From NCBI GenBank assembly GCA_051294375.1, contig CM119267.1, positions 9,791,458 to 9,855,457 on the forward strand: a stretch of 64,000 nucleotides of DNA, given 5' to 3'. A program made the translations under genes and the position numbers. Shown in pieces: positions 22,356 through 34,400 of this stretch. The stretch is from Paraspadella gotoi (taxonomy: Eukaryota; Animalia; Chaetognatha). Numbering within the stretch: the stretch's first letter is position 1; each line of letters opens with the position of its first letter. The notes beneath the pieces are model-generated. The model was not told the origin of the DNA. It did no database searches and saw only the letters and a program-made list of their open reading frames with translations.

Positions 22356-25072
22356 TTAAAGATTAATATTTTTCGGGTGCATGCTGTTTGGCGGCTTAGA
22401 AAAAGAAACGCGAATGTGCATTCCACGAATTTCGCGGTTGTGAACGTGCACCAACGCGTGAACAGCCTCGTCGATGGACGCCATGGTGATGTGGGCCATC
22501 CGACGATTCTCGGCAAAGAACTGAAAAGCAATTTCAAAGCATTTTTCGTGACTTACATTTTAGCGGCGAAGAAATGAAAATCGACTTTACCTTAAACATT
22601 ACGATGTTGCCGAATTCTCTAAAAGGAGCTTGCACCTCGGCCTCCGTCGCGCCCTCTCCGACGTTGGAAACATGAAGAGTCGCCGAGGGTTCAAAAATAT
22701 TGGTAGAATTTTTCGATCCAGGTTTTTTGAAGCGATGAAGCGGAGACCCTAGAGGTTTCGGGAAAACGCGACCAGCGTATTAAGAGCCAAGTACTCAAAC
22801 TCGGTTTTGAAATACGTATTGAAGACTTACCCGTGTAATCTTTGGTAAGTTCCGCTCCTTCAGATCTGTCGTCCTTTGTCCTCTGAACGTGATCGTTCTT
22901 CGAAGGGCTCACGCTCATGGGTTTTCCATACAGCGGAATCTTGTCGAGAAACTGACGTGCCAAGTTGGCCATCCAAGGCTCGGTCATCTTAGGAGAAATA
23001 AAATTAAAATTGAAAGTGATGATCAAGAGTCGAGGTGATTCTTGCAGCAGAGTCAAAAAACCTGAATAAGGGCGGTGTCCTTTTTGTTGTACAGAATCTT
23101 GACGCGCAAGACATCCCCGTAGACCCCGAAGAGAGTGAAAAGAACATCGGGAGTGATGCGGGTCTCGTCCAGGTTGGAAACGATCAGAACGCATCCCCCG
23201 CGCAAGGGAACACCGCCCATCAGGCCGCCCACGGAGCTGTTCGAAACGCCGCCCATTATGCCAGTCGCTGAAGACGCTCCTCCGTCTGAATAATTTTTTT
23301 CCCCATAAAATTCTGCGGTCTCTTACATAAATAAAACATGACTACGAATTAAGAAAACGACAAAGTCTTAAGTTTTACCGTAAGCGTAGGCGGCGGGATT
23401 TCCACTGTTGACCGGAGGCTCGCCCAAGATGCTCATTCCCGTTCCATTAGAGGCGCGCGAAGCGATGAGCGCGTTGTTCGGCAGACCTGCTTGGCCCTGG
23501 CCAGGAGGCGTATGGGCCGCCTCCCTGCAACGGCAGGCGAGCGAGGGAGACAAAAGTTGAGAGAGAGAGAGGGAGAGAGAGCGAGAGTTAGAGGAGAGAA
23601 CGGAGATTACGAGCGGAGAACGAGAAATGTTTCAACGCTTTGGCTTTTGGGAAGATGAAGCGGAGCGACGAAGGAGCCGAGAGATGGGAGAGTTTTATAA
23701 AGAACAAAGAAAAATGAAAGACGGGAATAGCCAATGCATTGAAAACCGAGTTTGAGAGCTAAAAAGCGACGAGTTGAGAGAGAAGGAGCGAAAAAGGGAA
23801 TAAAAACAATTAGTCTAAGATCGTCGGGAAACCGCGAACGCGACGCCGGGAGAGAAAGGTAGAGAGAAAAAAAGGATAGAGATAGAAAAGACGAACCGAA
23901 CGACAGAAAGAGACAAAAGATAAGAAGTGCCGTCAATGAATATCGTTGGGTGACAAAAACCACTTACCTTTAAAAAAATATCTGCCACGAGTTAATAAAA
24001 TATTCAAATAGCAAAAACAGCGACAGCATGCGAACTCACATCATTTGATTCGGTCCCGACGGAAGGTTTGGATTGGTAAAATCCCACCCTCGGTCGTTGT
24101 TGTATTTGATGTTGAGGTCAGTGAGCTTCGAGAACTCAATCTGCAGCTGACAGCAGCAGTTGTAGATATTCTTTCCGTGAAGGACTTGTCGCGCGTACTT
24201 CGCAGCGCTGCTTGATCCGTACTCAATCAAGGCCTTAAGAAAGATAAAAGAATAAAAGAATAAAAGAATAAAACAACAAAATCTATAATACAACATACTA
24301 AATACTAAAATACTAATTTTAGAATCGTACTCACCTGGAAAACATTGTTTTTCGTGAAGGTTACGATTTTTTGAATGTTTCCATGCTTCTTGAAAATATT
24401 GGCCAATGTGTCCATGGATACCGGGTATACCATGTTCTCGATGTTAACGTGCAAAATGGAACCAACGGGAATACCTAAAAAAAATGAAACGATGCAAGAC
24501 GGTATCCAACGTAATCAATCCATTAAGCTTACCGTTGTCGACAAACTGGATAAGATGACCAGTTTCGGGTTGAGATTCAGTTTTCAATTGCTGAATGAAT
24601 AAAGTAAAAAATCTTTTCATAAATATAATTATAAAAATATAAGACCGATTATTTTTGGCTTACCTTGTGCTGCGAAAACTGTACGTAGATAGTTCGACCG
24701 TGCAACTGAAATTGCGTCGGGAGATTGTTGTAATAATTGACCATATCAACGGCGCCGTGTTCAGTTTCGAATTCCAGGAAGGCCTGCGTCTTTGTCTTAA
24801 GCATCAAGATGTTAGTGATGAGACCGAAACGGCTTCCCAGTTCAATAATCTGTCGAATTAACCGTAATAAAAGTACATAAAAAATAAAAAAATTACAAAA
24901 TTATAAATATTCTCCTCACCTCTTGTTCGGTGGTAAACTGATGAATGTTACGGATGTGAATGACGCGAGATGGATCGACCTTGGCTCGCTTCGTATCACT
25001 TTCATTCATCATATCGTCGGCGCCTCGCTTACCGCCAACGACGCCGTAGCCGTTTCCGTAAAGATCCATCAT
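22356..25072 (-). CDS. PTBP1: Polypyrimidine tract-binding protein (PTBP/hephaestus-like, 4 RRMs)
   Basis: KRGADD...SRVIHIRN; VYVQFSQHK; [13 protein letters not shown]...[14 protein letters not shown]; [27 protein letters not shown]; [33 protein letters not shown]; HIRVSFSK. Confidence 0.92.
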
Positions 25073-25242
25073 TTTATTTATTTAATTCTTTTTAAAAATG
25101 TATGGCGTTTTCACAAAAGCCTCGAAACAAAAACGATATACCATAAGGTAAACAATATTTTAGAGTAAAACTAAAAAGCCACTTCGAAGAGGGCGGAATG
25201 CATCAATTGGACTAAAAAAAACGACAAGTAAACTATTCGTAT

Positions 25243-26921
25243 TCAATCGAGAAAAAAGATGTTGGTGAAGTGAGTGTTACAGATGTTTTTTAGCTGCTCG
25301 TTAATTTCGATGAGGTTAGCATTCTTTTGTTGAATGACCACATACACTTCACGCTTGTCACTCTTCTTTCCGACGACCCACTGGTCACGAAGTGTCTTGA
25401 CTATGGTCTCCCCGTCATCACCACCAACGCTCAAGTCAGCGTTCATATCGGCGAGAACTCCCAGGATCTCCGCCACTGCTGGCGTCGAAGACGGTGCCTG
25501 CCCGCAGGCGTCCTTGGCCTCGTTGCTCCAGTTCCAACCGCCCCAAGAGCCGGTACCGGCGGGGGCTCCCACGCCGCCGCCACGAACACCGCCGTGCAAC
25601 GAAGTCTTTTGCGCTAGATTCATGTGATTGAAGTAGAGATATTTCCAGTTGTTCGGTTGGCTCCCGTCATTGGCGCCCGAGCTCTGCAATGCCACGCTCT
25701 TGGTGTATTGTTCGCCAACGTCGGAAGCGAGGCGAGCCATGTCTCGACCGAGGTAAGCCTCCAAGTCAGTGTAAAATTGTTTCGACAGAGGATAACCCGC
25801 TTCGGTCAACAAACATAGCGTGGCGCTGAGAGAGCGGTATACGACGAGATGACATTCTTCATTTGGGGTGGACGTGTTGATGAAGACCTTGGGGACCCGA
25901 GAAGGGGCATTACCGGCCGAAGTGGGACCAGTGATGAAACTGCCGTAAGAACGCGTCGTTGTCGAAGAATTCTGAGACGGAGAAACTGGGTAATGAATCG
26001 TCGGCGAAGGCGTGTTGGAAGACAACGTAGGAGACTGCGGATGAGTCAAAGCGGTGCCCAATTCATGTTCCAGGTGAGCCGATGGGAGCAAGCTTTTAAT
26101 CAGGTATGAGTACAAGATTCGGATGTCCACTTGAGCCAAGGAACTCCAAACCAAAAGGTCGTTGTAAAGAAAGGCAGTGTACTTGACGGCAGGAAATCGT
26201 TCTTCCACGGCGTTGACGAAGCACTGGATGCGAAGGAAAGTCGTCTTGTCCAGCGGAAGGAAGTGGATACCGCCGAAGACGTCGAGAAGATCCGCAGACT
26301 GAATGCGGAGGTTTAGCAGATATCTAGAAAAGAAGTGCTCCAGACGATTGGAGAGGGTGGTTACTCCTGACTGAGAAGTGGAAACTATGTGGGCGAACGA
26401 TCCCATGAAAAGCTTAAACATCTTGTAGGAATGATGTAAAACGGCCGAAAGCACTTTGTCGGAAACATCGTCTTCCTACAAAAAAAAAAAAAAAAAACCA
26501 AGTAAATTATGAATCGTAATTCAAGAAAGAAAAGAAAAAGTCTGACTTGGTATTCGATCCCTTGCGCCGCGAGTGCATCAGAGGTTTCTTCGATATTGTT
26601 CGGCGTCGTGGGCCTCTTGCTGCAGGGAACGCCGACGGTTAAAACCATCCAGTATTGCGATTCCGGCTGATGAAGCAGCTGGCGCCGCTTTTGAGTGTGC
26701 AGCGCCTCGACCGGGGTGTCGGGCGCGAAGGTCTCGGTAAATTTGGAGACGGCTTCGCAGAGGCCGACGTCTTTGATCTTCCTATCGATGTCAGTGTCCG
26801 GCGGGTAGTAGTAGAGCACCTTTTTGTGCTCTTCCCCTTCTCGTCGGCACAGGCTAGAATTATAGACGAAGAAGCTGACGAGGGACGCACCCGATTTGTC
26901 GGGCGTAGCGTTCTTAGACAT
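25243..26921 (-). CDS. CCZ1: Vacuolar fusion protein CCZ1 (subunit of the Mon1-Ccz1 Rab7 GEF), 2 exons
   Basis: FFVYNSSLCRREGEEHKKVLYYYP...KDVGLCEAV; YKMFKLFMG; GIHFLPLDK; KYLYFNHMNLA; WVVGKKSDKRE...FTNIFFLD*. Confidence 0.96.
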
Positions 26922-27049
26922 TTCCCTTTCGCTTTGTCAAGGTTTGAAAGCCAAATAATGACTAGCGAGAGATGGCATTCTCGGCTAGAGACAGAAAAAT
27001 AAAGACTACACTGGAAGAATACATCTATAGTACGTCAAAGAGGCGACAT

Positions 27050-27176
<127 letters not shown>

Positions 27177-27233
27177 CTCAAAAAAGTAAGGTGAGAAAAG
27201 TTCAAATTTCAAAAATATGAATTTCGTGGAGCC

Positions 27234-28431
27234 TCAGTAAAGTTTGTTCTTGATGTAGACCTCCGTCGGGGGTTGAGGCAGCCCGATAAGCGCATCCTCG
27301 ATTCCGGTCAAGGCCCAGTTATGGTCGGTGATCTGCAGCTGCTCCCATTCCGCCTTGAAGGCTTTGCTGGCGTCGGGTGGCATCTGCATCGCCGCACCGG
27401 TCATTTGATCGGCCATCATTTTCGTCTGGTCGGCGGCGTTGTCGTGACCTTTAAATCGAAAAGAAAGTCATGAAATTTATCAAAACGGTGTTGACAAATG
27501 ACGGTTCGTTAACAAGCGAACTCACCTAATACGAGACTGTAAAAACTTCTGAGACCGAAAACGTTGAGAAAATACCAAGAGGCGGAACTGACCCAAGAGG
27601 CATCGAGAGACGGGAGTTCGACGCCCCGCTGCAACATTGGCTTGAAACGAATTGTAAGAGGAAACGGCACCTGAAAGAATAAAAAATATTATTTTTTCTT
27701 TATCAATTTTTTTATGGTTTGGCAACTATTAACGTTAATATTTACCTTAGTTGTCAAGAATCCCGAAAAAGCGTAATTAATCCAACCACCAATAATGATC
27801 ATGGGAAGGACGTTGGTCATGTTGCCTTTGACCATGTCGGTCATCATATTGGGATCTGTCATGGGGTTTTTCATCTGCGGTTGTCTCTTTTGAAGTAAGA
27901 AACCTTCTTTTTCGTCGTTGAAGAAATGTTTGCGGCGCAAGAAGGACTAAAGCGAAGACAACAAAAATTTTGAAGGGTTGCCTGTACAATGTACATAGGT
28001 ACATAGGTATCACGATTAAAAATAAAGCGTACTTTCGAATATTTCGAAAACTAAAGCCGGAGACGGAATCAAAATGTTGTTTAAGGTACTTTTAAAACTT
28101 TTTAGATATTCAGTCATATGTACGTAAATATCAGAATTTGATGAAATTAAAATTCGTTCATTTTTACCTGTTTGGGAACGTATTTCCCATTTTCTCTCAA
28201 AAACCTACTCCGAATCAACGCCTGGCTGTCTTGCACCTAAAAAAAAAATTTTTTAACAAAGAGCAAAACGCACAAAGATTAATAAAGTCATACATTCTGA
28301 ATTTCAACGGCTTTGTCGTTAGTCAGTAGAACGGTGATGTGATGACGAACAATTCCCACGAGAAACGTAATGATGACGATGGGTAAGAATACCCAAACCC
28401 GTATATCGGGATCCAGCAAAATCTCGGCCAT
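27234..28431 (-). CDS. EMC3: ER membrane protein complex subunit 3
   Basis: [31 protein letters not shown]; [12 protein letters not shown]; [16 protein letters not shown]; [16 protein letters not shown]; [17 protein letters not shown]; [10 protein letters not shown]. Confidence 0.96.
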
Positions 28432-31411
28432 CAGTCTAGCTTGTCAGCTGATTTCGTTTCTTCGTCTGCAGCATTTTAAAAAAGATCAAACAAAGGGAAA
28501 TTCAAGGCCAGAAAATCGAGAAAAAGGAAACGATCATAAAGGAGTAATAGTAATTGTCATCAAGATTGAAATTATAAAGATAATAATAATATATTTTCAA
28601 CGTTTTCTGGCAGATCAATTAAACAACGTCGCAGAATCCTGTCATTGCTGACCAATGCAATGACTGAATAAATAATGAGTGATTACGCTAGAGTATTACC
28701 TTTTTCGTTTAGAATGAGAGGTAAACTCACGAGAAGTATCACGAATAAAAAATTCACGAACTAACGTTTTCTCTATGATACCATGCAATTTGCAAAACTT
28801 CTGGCATATTATGTTGATGGTATTAGCCATAACTTAGATGTTCACTGTTCGGGCACCAGACAAAAAATCCAGACTAATTTTCATTTCGTAAGCAACTCTT
28901 AATGATCTCTCAGTTATACATTTTATATATTTAGTATTTTGTAGTTTTATAGTCTGGTTTTATGCTCGTTAAATTTTGACAAAAAATAGCGGTCAAAAAG
29001 ATGTATACAAATTTAAATAGCTATAATATCTTTTTTAATTACAAACGTTTACTGAAGCTATACCGCAACACAGAGGGCCTCGTCCTCATTTGTTACTGTT
29101 TGTTGCGAGGCAGATGCTTTCTGTAAAATAGTATCATTTTGATTTTTTTTGAAATTGTAAATTTTCGAAGGATAAACCAAATTTTTTAGATTTCATTATA
29201 CGGAAAAAAAATCGGTATATATGTGTATTTACCAAGTTGATAAGAAAAAAACGAAAAAGTACGTTAAAATCTTCGGAACTAAAATAATTAAAATAAAAAA
29301 TAGTTCTACTTTTAGTCTAGATTTAAGTCCGGAGCCAGCTGGGGAAGACGTTTTGGACTAAGCAGCAATAAAACCAATTTAATTTAACAAGAATCAACCA
29401 AAATAAAATTAACAATAACAATAGCACAGACTTTCTATGTTTAAGATTCATGATCAGAAATACGCGCCACGTAACTTAAGCGAACGAATAAAGAATCTCG
29501 ACAATGATTTACCGTCTTTCGCTGAAAATACCGTAAGGAACGTTTTTAAATGACTAGATGACCGAAAAAAAGGAATATTGAATTTACCCTTAAAAAAAAA
29601 ACGTTCCTTTTTATAGTGCTGAAAATCTATCACGACTAAAAATTGTCAAAATAAAATTAAAAAACAAGCAAAAGACCGGACAGTACAACATTGTCGTTAT
29701 TCAGGATTTTCATAATTTGTGCACAATGAGGCATATTTTAAAAAAGAAAAAAAAAGAACAAAAATTACTGATTAAATTACGCTAAAACCTACAACTGAAT
29801 AAATTTTAATTCATACAAAAATTTTAAACCACTGGAGGAACTACGTTCACTACCTTAACAGCTCAAACCTATAACATAGTCTCAAAGAAATTACTTTGTA
29901 TTTAGTAGTATAAAAAAAGCAGAATAATCCAAAATAATGTATAAAACCTTTTCTCCAGTTAAACTTTCAATTAACTTTTTAATAACCTTTTTCAAAAGAC
30001 TTTTTTCACTAATGAATTTAGATTATCTGATGACCAAGTTCTGAGTAAAAAAATCCACGACCCAAATTGCATAAGGTTTTAGTCTTTGCAACTAAATAAA
30101 AATAAAACTGGAGAAGATTAGTTTTTTACAAGTTGTACACATATATTTAAAGATTTTTGAAATAAATAATACCTGCGATAAGAATATTTTAGAAAAATGT
30201 TTGAATAAAATCTCTAATATATTTTTTTCCAATATCTGTTATTGGGGTTCATGATTTGTCCCATTGAGAAATTGAATAGAAGGTTATGTTGCTTTTATAC
30301 TAAATAATTTTATACCAAGTTTTAAATTAAATATGATACCAATATTTGACGTTTAAACTTTCTATTCACTCCTTTGAACTTTTCTCACTTATGAATTTAG
30401 ATTATTTGATGACCAAGTTTTGAGTAAAAATACACACGACTTAAATTTATTCCGTTTCTACCGGAAGAAAAATTAAGTTCTCTTTTTGTTTGCTATTATA
30501 ACTTTATTTTCATTATTATACGGTAAATACGTATATAATTTTTTTTACATTTTTTAAAAAAATATGTATTTTTAAGTATTTTTTCAAAAGACGCTAAAAC
30601 CCCAGTCGACGAAAGTAAAATTTTGCCTAATTTTAAATATTCCTCTCTCGGTCGTTCAACAATATTTTATTAAAAGAAATTTTGTTCAATTTTATCTAAC
30701 TTAATATTTTGTTCTTACAATATTCAATTATTTTTTGTCAAGCTGTGGCAAATTTCGACTAGTATTTTTTTACTTATATTTATAAACTTTAATCATCAAT
30801 AGTTTTGTCCTTAAGTATATAGGTCTATAAAGGGGTAGAGCGAGTCACTTATTGCGATTTACCGCACGTCACTTTTGAAAAAATCTTCACCACACGAACT
30901 CGCTCAGCCCTTATTATTATAAATTAAATTGAAGGGTTTATGTTGCAGATTAATTACAAACAAGTTTTTAATCTCAGAGTTGAAATCTTAAATGCGGACT
31001 TCAAATTCAATATTAAAAAAAAAAAACTAAAGGAGCTCCAATTGTTACTAAAAAAAATAATGTATAAATATAGCTCGATTTTTTTAGTACGTAACAAAAC
31101 AGCAAATAAGCAAAATGCAGGGCAACACGAATCAGCATACTTCGCATTTTTGCTAATCTTCCCGGGTACATTTAATTAATAATTCATAGTAACAGCGAAT
31201 AAAGATAACAAATAATAATTCTAATATTTAATATACATGATCTGCTTTTTTTCATTGAGACAGGATCACGTAAGTTTCTCGCATGACCAAGATTACTCCA
31301 TAATACATCAAGTGTCGTTGTTCAACATTGCACGGAAAGAACTCACGAAGACTAGGATTGTATGAGAGAGAGCCTGATTTAGCTGGAAGGCTTCGATGAT
31401 CAAGTGAGAGA

Positions 31412-34400
31412 TCAACTGTTAGCAAGATGCTCCTTATGACAGGCGTCTCCATAGGCGCTATTCAGCCTCGTCCGATGTGCGCCCCGCTGCATCTGCGCCA
31501 AACGTAACGCCTCCGTTCTCTGAATGTCGATTTGCGAATACATGTCGGCGCTGGGACGGCTGCCGATGACACCTGAAAAAATAAAAACAATATTAGTAAT
31601 ATTACATTTACCAAGTTATTAAGATGATGGTAACAAACCCGCGTGTCCATTCGGCTGGCCGTGCAGTCGGTGGTGCGGAAAGTGATAAGCGTGAAGTTGA
31701 GACGATGAGGAAATCGAAGAAGGCGTGGAGGAAAGTGGCAGAGGCGTCGACGGCGATTTGGGAAGTATTCTGAAAAAAAAAGAGGGAAAAATAATTAAAT
31801 CAAATTCTGTTCCATAGGGTAGTGCGGTGATATGTGATATGTCCCCGCAACAGGTTTCGTTTTTATCCTGCGGCCCCGTGGGTCCTAATTTAAAAAAAAA
31901 AATAAGTGTTCCGTTTTACCCCATCCTGGGGTAATTCGGAACACTTAATATATAATGTATAATTTTTTCTAATATTATAGAATTATATAACATTAATGTT
32001 TTATGTATAAACAATTTTAAATCTTATATTCTGGTGAGTAAAATAATCTTACTTTTGAAAAATTATTGAATGCCAATATATATAAAATTTGTCAAAAATA
32101 CTGTAAATCAAGAAATATATACAAAGTTTTTTATTTCCTTCCATACCTGAATTTCGTACCCATCTTTCTTTTCAATGAATATTGGTTTTTAATTTTTAAT
32201 TTAATTTAATTTAATTTTTAATCTTATCCCATTTTGTTATTTCCAAAGTTATTTTTTCTTATTGTTTTTATTTATCATTTTTATTTATCTTTTTAAATTT
32301 ATTTTATTTTTCATTTTATTTTCCAAATGTTTATATTTATATTAATTTTATATTTATTTCATCTTAATACTCATTAAATTCCATTCCAAACTTTTTATAT
32401 TTTTCATTGCTAAAATAGTAAGTTTAATGTAATATTAATAATTTTTTCGGCCTAATTATTTAACAATATTGCTAACAGTTATTATTATTATTATTAAATT
32501 ATCACTAATAATAATAATATTTAATAATAACACATTATAAAAAGCATATGAGATAACACAGAATATTTATACTGCGGTGGGAAAAAAGCTTAATTTCGAA
32601 AAAATATATATGAAAAGTATAGCTTTTTTAAAGAGCTATCGATTGGTGCAAGAAACATTTGAATTGGTTCAGCAGTAGAATATAGCAAGACTCAAAATGG
32701 AATTGGGGGAAAAAATTATTTCCAAAAGTTATTATTGATGATACTTTTTTTTTCTGACTGATGTTTACAAAATACAATTAACAAAATCATAATGGAATTA
32801 AACATATAAAAGGGTTGGCAATAAATTTGTATTACTTTTTTATAAAAATATTTTTTTAATTGCTGCCAAATATGGTAATGAAATAATAAATAATAAAAAC
32901 AATTTTTTAAAAATTATTTCAAAATCAAAACAATTTTATGATAAAAATAAACAATTTAATTTTGATATAATTGTAAAAGTTTTTGAAATTAGTACAACCA
33001 ATATATTAGTCTGTTTTAACACAAGATACCATATGGAAAAAACTTTGACTTGAAAAAGCTTTAAAATTAACCTTGGGTAAGTTATTACTCAACTGCTTTT
33101 TCTTTATTTTTAAAAGATTGTTTTTTTTATATAGTTTCCCTACTTATTTTAATTTGATTTAAGTTGAAAATGGTTGCCGAATTTTTTCAACAAATTTTAT
33201 ATTATAAATATATTATAATAAAAAAATTAAAAACTGTTCTTGATTAAAATTAATTTATTCTCGTCAGATGCTTTGTACCAATCAACTTTGACGTCCTATA
33301 ACTTTCTGACGCTTTGATAGATTTTAAAGGGACCTGGACAAATCACTTTATCTTCCAATAAGCTTTGTTTCTATATCTCAGTAAAATTCATCCATCCAAT
33401 ATAGTTTTTTCAGTGTGAAAGAAGTGGCTTCTTTTTTTTGAGCCACAGTGTACTTTATAGGTTTTTACCCCAATTTAATTGTAGGGTTTCGAAATAATCT
33501 AAACAATAACTTAAAATTAGTAGTATCGTCTATAAGATAGTAATATTTAATAGTCAATAGTCAATTAGTCATATTACATCAAATATGACTGTTACAGAGG
33601 CTTGAAAACAACGACTCAAAGACGAAATTTGACTATTAACTTTAATAATTAAAAATCAAGTTGGTGAAATATTTAAATTTTAAATTTTAATGCACCAAAA
33701 AAAAAAATCTGTACTATAGCAACATTCGGGTTGCCTGTGACGCCCATTGGGATGGGGCAGCTCACTGTTGGCTTTGGGAGATTCTGACCCTCAGTGATGC
33801 CTCCTGTCACTGACGCGGTTACCCTAGCACGGTCTCGCTTTGCCAACGCAGATGGAAGTCATTAGAACTGGATGAAACGTAACGCTAAGGATGGTGCTTT
33901 TCCCCTCTGAGCCAATGGGATTGGCTGAACGATGATGGATGTGAGACGGTGTGAATATACCGCCACAGGATCCCTGGGCCAAGACATCACTCAGGTTCCC
34001 TAGGCCTGAGACGTGTGAGAAGACTGTTACCATAGTGGGAGAGAGAAAGAAAGAGAGAGCATGAGTAATGGGGGCATAGGCGTTTGTCATAGCGAACCCC
34101 AGAGGCATGGGCGTTTGTCGGAGCATACCCGAAGTCGATTTGGGAGCTTCCGACCCTCAGTGACGCCTCATGTCAATGGCGGGGTTACCCTAGGACAGTC
34201 TCGCTTTGCTAACGCATGGAACGTGCATGGAACGTAACGCTTGGGATGGAGCGTTCCCCCTCTGAGCCAATGGGATTGGCTGAACGATGATGGATGTGAG
34301 GCGGTGTGAGTATCAGGCCACAGTACACAATTTTTTTATTTCCTTTTATACGTCAGTGTTCCGAATTACCCCTTTTCCGAATTACCCGGCACTACTCTTA

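Noticed and set aside
14336-26316. Antisense + strand ORFs overlapping GNPAT, PEPD, SelU and CCZ1
   Set aside because: These are shadow ORFs of GC-rich coding exons with no protein-like features.
30000-30445. CTGATGA motif in a duplicated ~65-bp block as a hammerhead or C/D snoRNA
   Set aside because: No stem II/GAAA or terminal stem; the second copy does not conserve the motif (TTGATGA). Likely a degenerate repeat.
33783-33860. HDV-like ribozyme (GCC-UCCU...GGC, G-U P1) or hammerhead in the tandem unit
   Set aside because: There is no P1.1 GG and no downstream P2' partner; it folds better as a simple hairpin. No CUGANGA...GAAA core on either strand.
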